From a virus, in IMG/VR virus record IMGVR_UViG_3300024256_000557: a stretch of 30,628 nucleotides of DNA; one strand, given 5' to 3'. Below are positions 1 to 8,001 of this stretch, in pieces (position 1 is the stretch's first letter; each line of letters starts with the position of its first letter). The notes beneath the pieces are model-generated. The model made no database searches and was not told the DNA's origin. It was given only the letters and a program-made list of their open reading frames with translations. The position numbers and the translations under genes were made by a program.

Positions 1-426
1 ATTAAATTTAAACCAGATTTAATAAATTATAAAGAAGTTGAAATTATACCAGAAATAAATCAAGTTTTTGACTTAGATGAAGAAAAATTAAAATGGGCTA
101 TAGATGAATTTCAAGTAGAATTGAATTGGGAAGATATGTGGTCGATGGAAGATGCAAAACAACGATTAAAAGATGGATGGTATTTTAATATTTTAGAAAT
201 AAATAATAAAATCGTGGGGTGGGTTTGGTTTAATATCATAGAAAATGAACTTTGTAATTTATATGTACATAAAGATTATAGAAATACGGGATATGGAGAG
301 CAATTAATATATTCAATTACAAATTTGGTAAATAAGAAGAAAATTGATATTTATAGTATGGTAGATGGGTGGAATATAAAAAGCATAAATGTATTTAAAA
401 AATGTAATTGGGAAGAAATTAAATGA
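1..426 (+). CDS. GNAT-family N-acetyltransferase (5' partial)
   Basis: Frame is open from base 1 (IKFKPDLINY...) into the listed ORF 121-426. Acetyl-CoA-binding motif 'NLYVHKDYRNTGYG' and C-terminal 'NIKSINVFKKCNW'. Confidence 0.75.
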   Translation: MKFKPDLINYKEVEIIPEINQVFDLDEEKLKWAIDEFQVELNWEDMWSMEDAKQRLKDGWYFNILEINNKIVGWVWFNIIENELCNLYVHKDYRNTGYGEQLIYSITNLVNKKKIDIYSMVDGWNIKSINVFKKCNWEEIK

Positions 427-785
427 AATTAAATTATTTTAGTTTTAATAATTATAGTAGTTCTATTGTAACTCAGTCTTTGCAAGCTGCAGCTCCCTTT
501 TTAACAGGAAGTAATCCTGAATATTGGTCGGGAAAGGGTGATAATTATGGAGTAATTGCCGGAGATGTTAGTGATGTGGTTGGTGGTCTATGGGAAGTTG
601 ATTCAACTATTGATACCACAAAATTTAATGATGAATTTTTGAAGATTCTGATGAAAAAACTTGGTGGTACATTAGAAAAAAATAATCTATCCAGTGAAGA
701 ATTACAACTACTTATTAGTAGAGGAAAGAAAAGGTTAGAAGATGAAGAATGGTTGTTAAAAGGAAACAATGAAAACTTTATTTGA
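423..785 (+). CDS. Hypothetical protein, 120 aa
   Basis: ATGA overlap with the GNAT gene; no recognisable motif. Confidence 0.6.
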   Translation: MKLNYFSFNNYSSSIVTQSLQAAAPFLTGSNPEYWSGKGDNYGVIAGDVSDVVGGLWEVDSTIDTTKFNDEFLKILMKKLGGTLEKNNLSSEELQLLISRGKKRLEDEEWLLKGNNENFI

Positions 786-845
786 AAATATAATATAGTG
801 ATAAAATAAATTAAATTTTAAGATAAAACATTAATAGTTATATAT

Positions 846-1289
846 ATGAAAACAAAAACACTGTTTGACCACATAAATCATATAACAGGAAAACAAACAA
901 AAGGTTATTGGGATACGCTCAATGATAAAGAAAAGAAAAATTGGTCTAATTATATGGTACATCGCTTCCTATCTATGAAAATGGAATGGGTAGATATAGT
1001 AAATGAGTTCCAAAAATATAATTTAAGACCACAAGAGTTATACAAGTTATATACCAATATATTACCAAAGGGTAAGCAATGGTTGAAATACACAAAAGGT
1101 AAAAAGAGTATGAAACATCCAAAATGGTTATTAGAAATAGTAGCAAAGTACTATGAATCAAGTCTTAAAGAAGCACACGAATATTTAGAAGTATTCTATG
1201 CAACCGAACAGAACAAGGCAAATCTCAAAACTATTCTCCAGAAATACGGAGCGGATACAAAAGAACTGAAAAAACTGAACCTACCGTGA
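846..1289 (+). CDS. Putative phage clamp-loader small subunit (T4 gp62-like)
   Basis: 'LFDHINHIT...KKNWSNYMVHRFLSM...LYKLYTNILPKGKQWLKY' resembles the pattern of phage clamp-loader A subunits. Recognised from memory, not by search. Confidence 0.5.
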   Translation: MKTKTLFDHINHITGKQTKGYWDTLNDKEKKNWSNYMVHRFLSMKMEWVDIVNEFQKYNLRPQELYKLYTNILPKGKQWLKYTKGKKSMKHPKWLLEIVAKYYESSLKEAHEYLEVFYATEQNKANLKTILQKYGADTKELKKLNLP

Positions 1290-2365
1290 GCCGAACAAAT
1301 TACTCAACACTCGGTAATTTTTTCGAGTTTGATGAAGATGATTTAGAGTTTGAGAGAGTTACAAATAATATAGATACAGTAGATATTGATTACGGCGTAG
1401 AAGTCATTTTCAAGTATTATAGAAAACACGGTTTCCCTCACTACAAAATACGAGAAGATGAGAAGCATTCTCATATGAGAAAACTGCGTAAATTCGACAC
1501 AACCACTATATTTGAGGACAAGAAAATCATCCAGACTATGCATGCTCTACGGTTAGCCTGGTCCTACTTCCCATATTTTTGGGAAATTCAATGTGGGAAC
1601 TCTATGAAATCCCCAATGGAAACTTTCAATGATGATAAGAAGTTCAAGGCAACAATCAAAAAGTGTTGGACCTGGCAAATAAAACATTGGAGTGGTGAGG
1701 GAATACGGACCCATAATAAGTTTCACGAAAACAGATTACGTCAGTCAATAAAAATTTATACAGGTACACAATCAGTATCTAATTTTAGACCAACAGCTGC
1801 AAAGATGATTTATGAAAAATACGGTGGAGAAGTCATTAGGGATTTTAGCTCTGGATGGGGCGGCAGACTATTGGGGTTCTTAGCATCATCAAATACCAAA
1901 CATTATATTGGTACTGAACCATCCACCAGAGCATACGAAGGTCTATTAGAAATGAAAAAAGATTTTTCGTATTTAGGGAAAAAAGTTGATATATATAAGT
2001 GTGGGTCAGAAACATACAGAACAGATCCTGATATATTAGATTTAGTTTTTACATCACCACCATATTTCGACACTGAGAAATATAGTGATGAACCAACACA
2101 AAGTTATATAAAATTTCCTACATTAGACAGCTGGGTAAATGAATTTTTATTTCAATCATTTGAAAATGGTTATTACGGATTAAAGGATGAGAAGTATATG
2201 ATTATTAATATAGCAAATACATCAAAACATAAAACAATAGTGGGAAGTACAATTAAAGTTGCGGAAAGGGTCGGCTTCACTCACGTAGATACAATACAAT
2301 TAACTCTTTCATCAGTTATGGGGAAAGGTATGAAACTGGAGCCTTGCCTAATTTTTCAAAAATAA
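1286..2365 (+). CDS. Amino (N4-C/N6-A) DNA methyltransferase
   Basis: SAM-binding motif I 'DFSSGWGG' followed by catalytic motif IV 'FTSPPY' (alpha order); GTGA overlap with the upstream gene. Confidence 0.85.
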   Translation: MSRTNYSTLGNFFEFDEDDLEFERVTNNIDTVDIDYGVEVIFKYYRKHGFPHYKIREDEKHSHMRKLRKFDTTTIFEDKKIIQTMHALRLAWSYFPYFWEIQCGNSMKSPMETFNDDKKFKATIKKCWTWQIKHWSGEGIRTHNKFHENRLRQSIKIYTGTQSVSNFRPTAAKMIYEKYGGEVIRDFSSGWGGRLLGFLASSNTKHYIGTEPSTRAYEGLLEMKKDFSYLGKKVDIYKCGSETYRTDPDILDLVFTSPPYFDTEKYSDEPTQSYIKFPTLDSWVNEFLFQSFENGYYGLKDEKYMIINIANTSKHKTIVGSTIKVAERVGFTHVDTIQLTLSSVMGKGMKLEPCLIFQK

Positions 2366-2399
2366 ATGAATAAAATAACTTCATTTTTTTACTTTAGTT

Positions 2400-2407
2400 A
2401 TATTTAT
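2400..2407 (+). promoter_or_regulatory. ATATTTAT putative phage promoter motif upstream of endonuclease cassette 1
   Basis: Intergenic, preceded by a T-rich tract and followed by SD AGGAG. The same octamer lies at 7791 and 11921 in equivalent positions. Confidence 0.45.
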
Positions 2408-2422
2408 TATAGGAGATGATAA

Positions 2423-2608
2423 GTGGGAAGAATAAAGAAACATATTACGGTAGATGAAAAGAAACAAGCTCAACGTAAGTGGTCTTTAGATTATTATCAT
2501 CGAAATAAAGATGAAATAAATAAAGAAAAAATGGAGAAATATTATGAAGAAAAAATTAGGGAGTTTCAAAAGAAATTGTCCGACTTGCGAAAAGGTGATT
2601 ACTTATAA
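2423..2608 (+). CDS. Small basic helical protein (61 aa) overlapping the endonuclease gene
   Basis: AGGAG SD upstream and GTG start; Lys/Arg-rich; overlaps the next ORF by 65 nt. Confidence 0.6.
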   Translation: MGRIKKHITVDEKKQAQRKWSLDYYHRNKDEINKEKMEKYYEEKIREFQKKLSDLRKGDYL

Positions 2609-3221
2609 ACGGAATGATATAATGATTCGAGCTGAATCAATGGGGTTTAAGTGTAGGAGTTGCACTCATAAAGGTGAAAATAATGGAAATTATAAACATG
2701 GATTGATGGTAGGTGATGGAAAAAATAAAAAATGTTTGAATTGTGAGAAGTTGATACACATTAGGTCAGTATATTGAAGGGCGTGTTCAGTAATTGGTGA
2801 TAGAAACCCGTTTTATGGAAAAACTCACACCACATCTGTAATTAATGTTGTTATTAAATCAAATAAAAATAGAGCTGGAGTAAATTGTAAAGATACTACA
2901 AGAAAAAAACACAGAGTAAATATGATAAATAAATTAAAAAAATATCATCCTGATTTCCCAACTGGAGCTCCAATGTATAATGTAAAATCAATTTCGATAA
3001 TAGAACGATACGGAAAAGAAAATAGTTACAACTTCCAACACGCAGAAAACGGCGGTGAAGTTCAAGTGATTGGATATTTTGTAGATGGCTATGACAAAGA
3101 ACGGAATGTAGTGATAGAATACTATGAAAAACATCACAAATATCAAAAAGAACGAGATGAAAGAAGAAAGCAAGAAATAGTTGATCATCTGGGATGTAAA
3201 TTTATAATAATAGAGGAGTAA
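2544..3221 (+). pseudogene. Free-standing homing-type endonuclease (Zn ribbons + NUMOD3-like + Vsr/DUF559-like nuclease), interrupted by one in-frame TGA at 2775-2777
   Basis: ORFs 2544-2777 and 2922-3221 share a frame, and the gap reads RACSVIGDRNPFYGKTH... without further stops. C-terminal 'GYFVDGYDKERNVVIEYYEKHH...LGCKFIII'. Confidence 0.75.
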
Positions 3222-3223
3222 AA

Positions 3224-3772
3224 ATGCACGAAAGTAAAGAAGTATTTTATAAAAATTTGGAGTGGGGAGTAGACATACATACTAATACTATGTATCTCAC
3301 ATACGACATAGATGCAGATAGTTTATATTCAACAATGACCAGATTTGACCAGTTAGTTAAATACAATAAAGGTGAAGATATAAACTTGGTAGTCTCGTCT
3401 TATGGTGGAGATGTTTATGCGATGTTAGGAACAATAGATTATTTCAGATCACTTCCAGTAAAAGTGAATACTCATTGTTTTGGAGTAGCAATGTCCGCAG
3501 CAGCAGTCATCCTCGCATGTGGAACCGGAGTTCGTTCAATGAGCATAAATTCAACAATAATGGTGCATGAGGGTTCAGCATTTGAGTCAGGTAAAACATC
3601 AGATGTACTAAAAGGTGCAGAACACCTGAAAAAATTACAAGCAAATATCAATCGTATTCTCGGTAAAGTAACAAATAAAGACCATAAATTTTGGACGAGA
3701 ATATCTAAAAATGATGTGTATTTAACGGCAGACGAAGCATTGGAATACGGCATTGTTGACATTATAAAATAG
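3224..3772 (+). CDS. clpP: ClpP-like serine protease
   Basis: 'SYGGDV', catalytic Ser in 'AMSAA', His in 'IMVHE', C-terminal 'YLTADEALEYGIVD'. Confidence 0.9.
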   Translation: MHESKEVFYKNLEWGVDIHTNTMYLTYDIDADSLYSTMTRFDQLVKYNKGEDINLVVSSYGGDVYAMLGTIDYFRSLPVKVNTHCFGVAMSAAAVILACGTGVRSMSINSTIMVHEGSAFESGKTSDVLKGAEHLKKLQANINRILGKVTNKDHKFWTRISKNDVYLTADEALEYGIVDIIK

Positions 3773-3784
3773 GAGTTATAAATT

Positions 3785-4207
3785 ATGACTAAATTTATCA
3801 AAGATAATAAAAAAAGAGTAATCTACGGAAACGATGGTTCACCAGATACAATTGAAGTGAACCCACAGTCAAATAACATCATAGACAAAATGGAACGAGA
3901 ATATCCAGAAATGATGAAAGAGTTTCGTAAAATACAAGAAGAACAATATGAGTTATTTGCCAAAAAACAGCAAGCATATGGAAAAAATTCTATTTTAATG
4001 GGTGGTGATATAAATAAATCTGATGATAGACAAATGGCACTATCAGGAGTAGTAATTAGATTGAATGATAAATTACAGAGATTATTAAATCTTGTATTAA
4101 AAAATAAGAAAAGTGCGGTAGATGAAAACGTTGAAGATACATTTATTGACATTGCAAATTATGCTAATATAGCATTGGTTGTTAGTAGAAAAAAATGGGG
4201 AAAATAG
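3785..4207 (+). CDS. DUF1599 / nucleotide-modification-associated domain 1 protein
   Basis: 'KKQQAYG...IRLNDKLQRL...EDTFIDIANY' matches the family pattern (KxxxYG, RxxDKxxR, DTxxDxxNY). Confidence 0.7.
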   Translation: MTKFIKDNKKRVIYGNDGSPDTIEVNPQSNNIIDKMEREYPEMMKEFRKIQEEQYELFAKKQQAYGKNSILMGGDINKSDDRQMALSGVVIRLNDKLQRLLNLVLKNKKSAVDENVEDTFIDIANYANIALVVSRKKWGK

Positions 4208-4316
4208 TTTTTCCTGATAGTTATTATAGAACAAGGACAGCATTCGACGGAGTGTTTCCTGAAACCTGTTTAAGTAAGGATAACTTGTTCTATAACATAA
4301 ATCTGAACAGGAGAAA
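4208..4316 (+). ncRNA. Structured leader upstream of the GIY-YIG gene
   Basis: Perfect 12-bp inverted repeat 4224-4235/4284-4295, inner hairpin 4236-4258, and outer stem 4208-4216/4308-4316 covering the AGGAG SD. Folded by hand only. Confidence 0.5.
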
Positions 4317-4320
4317 TAAA

Positions 4321-5109
4321 ATGATTATCTACAAAGCTACTAACAAAGTCAATAATAAAAGTTATATTGGTCAAACAATTAAACCATTAACACAAAGAAT
4401 ATCAGAACATTTACATGCATAACGAAATGATCCAGCAACCTATTTTCATAGATCAATTAGAAAACATGGGAACGAAAATTTTAGTTGGAAAGTTATAGAT
4501 AATTCAGCAAAATCTATTGGTGAGTTAAATCTATTAGAACAAAAATACATTAAAGAATATCACACATTCCGTGGTGATCCAGAATGTAATGGATATAACT
4601 TAACTACAGGTGGGATGAATAAATTATTGTCAATTGAAACCATTAATAAAATAAGGAATACACGAATATCAAATAATGGTTATGCACACTCAAAGGAATC
4701 ATTAGATAAAATGGTTGCAACTAGAACCAAAAATAACAGTTGGAAACATTCAGATGAAACCAAAGAAAAACTTAGAATATCGAGTACAGGACGTAAACAT
4801 TCAGATGAATCCAAATTAAAAATGTCCATATCTAAAGTAGAATGGCATAAGACTGTTGATATCACTGGAAAGAAAAATCCATTTTATGGTAAAAATCATA
4901 CAGACGAACTTAAACTTTATTTTAAAAAATTATATGCTAAACATTGGATAGTTACATTTCCAAATGGCAACACTAAAACATTTTTAGGTAAAAAAGAAGT
5001 TAAACAGTATATTATGGAGTATACTATGAAAAATAATGAAAAAGTAAGTTACTATAGTTTATTTTATTATGGTAAAAATGGTCACAACTGGAAAGTTGAG
5101 AAGAAATAG
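4321..5109 (+). pseudogene. GIY-YIG homing endonuclease with NUMOD3 repeats, interrupted by one in-frame TAA at 4420-4422
   Basis: 'MIIYKATNKVNNKSYIGQT...QRISEH', then stop, then in-frame 'RNDPATYFHRSIRKHG...ELNLLEQKYI...GYNLTTGG' joining ORF 4615-5109 (NUMOD3-like 'KHSDETKEKL', 'GKKNPFYGKNHT'). Confidence 0.85.
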
Positions 5110-5184
5110 ATGGACACCTTCAGGGACATTTCAGTTTATGGAATTATTGTCGAGATAGTTCGTAGGGGTAGTTGGGGAAAATAA
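5110..5184 (+). pseudogene. Orphan 24-codon copy of the DUF1599 gene 3' end (MDTFRDISVYGIIVEIVRRGSWGK)
   Basis: Ungapped 12/23 amino-acid identity to the last 23 residues of ORF 3785-4207, ending in the same WGK-stop. Confidence 0.75.
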
Positions 5185-5303
5185 TGTATAGTTATAAATG
5201 TGACACTGGACTCTATGAATCAGATTCTTGGATCGGATTGATGATAGAAATAATTAAACATAGAACTTGGCATTTAGTAAACCACGGTAAGTGGATAGAT
5301 TAG
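5184..5303 (+). CDS. Small hypothetical protein, 39 aa (MYSYKCDTGLYESDSWIGLMIEIIKHRTWHLVNHGKWID)
   Basis: Not in the ORF track. TAATG coupling to the upstream remnant; its TAG overlaps the AGGAG SD of the thioredoxin gene. Confidence 0.6.
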   Translation: MYSYKCDTGLYESDSWIGLMIEIIKHRTWHLVNHGKWID

Positions 5304-5313
5304 GAGAAATAAA

Positions 5314-5559
5314 ATGAAAACTGCAGATTATTATACGGCGAACTGGTGTGGTCCCTGTAAAACTTTCAAACCAATCATATTGGAACTTGTGAGTGAGGGA
5401 TATAACATAACATTACACGACATAGATACTGAACGAGATTTGGCACTAACAAATAGAATACAAAGTGTTCCAACGCTCGTCATATCAGAGAACGGTGAAG
5501 AGGTGGATAGATTAGTTGGAGTGCATACAAAACAGTCCGTCATTTCAAAATTGTCTTGA
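5314..5559 (+). CDS. Thioredoxin
   Basis: WCGPC active site; 'IQSVPTL' cis-Pro loop. Confidence 0.9.
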   Translation: MKTADYYTANWCGPCKTFKPIILELVSEGYNITLHDIDTERDLALTNRIQSVPTLVISENGEEVDRLVGVHTKQSVISKLS

Positions 5560-5584
5560 CTTTAACTTATTTTTTACGTATATT
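5556..5584 (+). promoter_or_regulatory. Sigma70-type promoter (TTGACT - 17 nt - TATATT)
   Basis: Near-consensus -35 and -10 hexamers with ideal spacing, just upstream of ATG 5597. Confidence 0.6.
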
Positions 5585-5596
5585 TAGGCATAAAAT

Positions 5597-6466
5597 ATGA
5601 AAAGTATAAGCTATTCGCAATTTTCTAAATGGGATAGGTGTCCTCACGCCTGGAAACTATCTTATGTAGATAAAAAATCTGTATTTGAGGGAAACATTTA
5701 TACAATTTTTGGAACCTCGATGCATGAAGTATTACAAAAATATATAAAAGTAATGTATACAGATAGTGTAAAGAAGGCCGATGAATTATATCTTGATGAA
5801 TTATTAGAAGATAGACTCAGAATAAACTTTTTGGACACTATGAAAACCAATGGTGGTGTAGAGATTTGTACAAAAAATGAAATGAACGAGTTTTACCAAG
5901 ACGGAATAAAAATAATAGATTTCTTTAAGAAGAAACGAAATCAATATTTCAGTAAAAAGGGTTATGAGTTACTTGGCATTGAATCTGCATTAGATTATAA
6001 TATGAAAAAAGCGAAATTTAAGGGATTTATAGATTTGATAATTCGTGACGTTAAACGTGAACGAATAAAAATTATTGATATTAAGACCGCAACATACGGC
6101 TGGAACAAATATCAAAAAGCAGATACGAACAAAACAGCTCAGTTATTGTTATATAAACAGTTCTTCTCTAAGCAGTTTGATGTTCCATTAGATAGAATTG
6201 ACGTAGAGTATTTCATAGTAAAGCGAAAACTATATGAAGGAACAGATTACCCACAAAAACGAATTCAGACATTCATCCCAGCAAATGGTACTCCATCTAT
6301 AAACAAGGTTAATAGACGATTAGAGAGTTTTATAGACAACTGTTTTACAGTGGATGGGGAATACCGAACAGACCATATTTATAGTAAATTACCATCAGTA
6401 AAGAACTGTAAATGGTGTGAATACACAGACCAACCAGATTTGTGTGATAAGAAACCTGAGAATTAA
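5597..6466 (+). CDS. PD-(D/E)XK exonuclease, Cas4/AddB-like with probable Fe-S cysteines
   Basis: 'SISYSQFSKWDRCP', 'GFIDL...IIDIKT', C-terminal 'CKWC...C'. Confidence 0.8.
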   Translation: MKSISYSQFSKWDRCPHAWKLSYVDKKSVFEGNIYTIFGTSMHEVLQKYIKVMYTDSVKKADELYLDELLEDRLRINFLDTMKTNGGVEICTKNEMNEFYQDGIKIIDFFKKKRNQYFSKKGYELLGIESALDYNMKKAKFKGFIDLIIRDVKRERIKIIDIKTATYGWNKYQKADTNKTAQLLLYKQFFSKQFDVPLDRIDVEYFIVKRKLYEGTDYPQKRIQTFIPANGTPSINKVNRRLESFIDNCFTVDGEYRTDHIYSKLPSVKNCKWCEYTDQPDLCDKKPEN

Positions 6467-6907
6467 ATGATAGGAAGTAATTTTAGTTTAAGGATGAAAT
6501 TATCATATTTTATTAATACAGAAAATGAAAGCGATGTAATAGATAAAATAAATGAGATATATGGATTATACCCATTTAAACTTCAGCTATGGTATGATGA
6601 GGGTGAAGTAGCACCATCAGACTTAAAGGGATTTTTGGAACGATATGAAAAAATCCTTCACTATAAAACAACCATTACAGTCGGAAATACACATAAAATA
6701 AATGAATTTACGTGGTTTAATATAACTCATAAACGAGATATATTATTGGAATCCCCGTTAAGATTTCAGTATTGGTTCACGGGATCATCAGCTTTTGATG
6801 GTTTAATGGATGGATTAGAAGAATTTAAGAGTTGTGTAACATTTGTAACTTCACCAAAACCACAAAAATCACATCAACCAGTAAGAAAGCAAAAAAGGAA
6901 TGATTAG
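6467..6907 (+). CDS. Hypothetical protein
   Basis: 146-aa ORF packed between neighbours; the start could be ATG 6494. Confidence 0.55.
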   Translation: MIGSNFSLRMKLSYFINTENESDVIDKINEIYGLYPFKLQLWYDEGEVAPSDLKGFLERYEKILHYKTTITVGNTHKINEFTWFNITHKRDILLESPLRFQYWFTGSSAFDGLMDGLEEFKSCVTFVTSPKPQKSHQPVRKQKRND

Positions 6908-6910
6908 ATT

Positions 6911-7315
6911 ATGAAAAGAATTGGAATCGTTGGAAGTAGAAAATATATCAACAGGCGAAAAATTCGAGAATTTATTTTCAATTTAAGGGAAAAGTTCGGT
7001 GATGAAGTTGAAATTGTAAGTGGTGGGTGTAAACAAGGAGCTGACCACTATGCAAAGAAAATATCACTTGAATTTGATATGAAGTACGTAGAGTATCCAC
7101 CAAAACATTTTCAGTATAACCAACATTGTATATTGGATTCCAGTGAATACGGAAAACCATACAGAGTTACCAATTATTTTAACAGAAATAAACAAATAGC
7201 AGAACATAGTGATTATATAGTAGCATTTATACCAAAGGGTCATACATCAAGGGGAACGAATAATACAATAGAATATGCAACAAAATTAGATAAAAAAGTA
7301 GTTATTTTAGATTAA
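6911..7315 (+). CDS. SLOG-superfamily (DprA/YspA/DUF2493-like) protein
   Basis: 'IGIVGSR', 'IVSGGCKQGAD', 'RNKQIAEHSD', 'SRGTNNTI'. Confidence 0.75.
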   Translation: MKRIGIVGSRKYINRRKIREFIFNLREKFGDEVEIVSGGCKQGADHYAKKISLEFDMKYVEYPPKHFQYNQHCILDSSEYGKPYRVTNYFNRNKQIAEHSDYIVAFIPKGHTSRGTNNTIEYATKLDKKVVILD

Positions 7316-7346
7316 TCTGATATATATGTATATATGAGGAATAATT

Positions 7347-7550
7347 ATGAGGATAAAAGATAATACAAAACTTACTTCTGTTAAAATAATAACGGATTTA
7401 TACAAGAGATTTAAAGAAATTGCACTGAGAGAAGAATTTACATTACAAAAATTAGTAAATAGATCAATGGATAAATATTTGAGTGATGAAGAATACAAAA
7501 AATCTATTGTAGAATATGATGGGCTTGAAGCAAGTGGTAGTAATTTTTAA
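7347..7550 (+). CDS. Small ribbon-helix-helix-like DNA-binding protein
   Basis: 'KLTSVKI' strand then 'LYKRFKEIA...TLQKLVNRSMDKYL'; GAGGA SD. Confidence 0.55.
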   Translation: MRIKDNTKLTSVKIITDLYKRFKEIALREEFTLQKLVNRSMDKYLSDEEYKKSIVEYDGLEASGSNF

Positions 7551-7571
7551 ATAGTTTATAGGGAAACGGTT

Positions 7572-7760
7572 ATGAAAGAGAATGAAATAATAGATTTACC
7601 AAACGACTCATTTATGAGCAATGAAACTATACATTTTGAGATGCCACATATGACATTACATTTTACCATTGATGAATGGTATTTGTTTATGGGGCATATA
7701 TTTGAAGTTAGTGAAGCTGTAGATATGGTTATGAATAAAGATAATATGGCAAAAAGTTAA
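7572..7760 (+). CDS. Hypothetical acidic protein, 62 aa
   Basis: ORF with a GGGA SD-like sequence upstream. Confidence 0.45.
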   Translation: MKENEIIDLPNDSFMSNETIHFEMPHMTLHFTIDEWYLFMGHIFEVSEAVDMVMNKDNMAKS

Positions 7761-7790
7761 AAATAAAATGATGTTTTATTTAATTTCTTG

Positions 7791-7798
7791 ATATTTAT
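7791..7798 (+). promoter_or_regulatory. ATATTTAT putative phage promoter motif upstream of the PD-(D/E)XK cassette
   Basis: Intergenic, context TTTCTTGATATTTAT. Confidence 0.45.
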
Positions 7799-7821
7799 AT
7801 AAAAGATATAAGATATATAAT

Positions 7822-8001
7822 GTGAAATCAAATACAAAAAAAATAGCACCTATAGAATTAGAAGTCGTAACTTTTAAAAAGTTACAAAAAATAATAGCTA
7901 AATATTCTGACGATGGTGTAAAATTTGTGTCGGTTAGAGAGGCGTTAGTTAATTTAATTGATGAAAAATATGAACAGATTAGTGGAAGTATAAAATGGTA
8001 G
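7822..8001 (+). CDS. Small ORF, 59 aa, possibly RHH-like (VKSNTKKIAPIELEVVTFKKLQKII...VSVREALVNLIDEKY...)
   Basis: Not in the ORF track. GTG start, no internal stop, overlaps the endonuclease ATG at 7995. Confidence 0.5.
   Translation: MKSNTKKIAPIELEVVTFKKLQKIIAKYSDDGVKFVSVREALVNLIDEKYEQISGSIKW

Noticed and set aside
2775-2815. Selenocysteine at the TGA that replaces a Cys
   Set aside because: No convincing bacterial SECIS hairpin directly downstream, and a Zn-ribbon ligand in a mobile nuclease is not a known Sec context.
4208-4300. Hammerhead ribozyme (CTGATAG ... GAAAC)
   Set aside because: The core needs CUGANGA; here it is CUGAUAG, and the stems are not in hammerhead order. A covariance search would be needed to name any motif.
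4195-4320. Extended N-terminus MGKIVFPDSYY... given in the ORF track
   Set aside because: The GIY-YIG motif starts at ATG 4321 with a good SD; the extension crosses the structured leader.
4208-5110. Group I intron housing the GIY-YIG ORF
   Set aside because: Only about 110 nt of non-coding sequence, no recognisable P7 core, and the upstream gene is already complete with its own stop.
5597-6466. CRISPR-Cas locus implied by the Cas4-like gene
   Set aside because: No repeat-spacer array and no other cas genes seen in the window.
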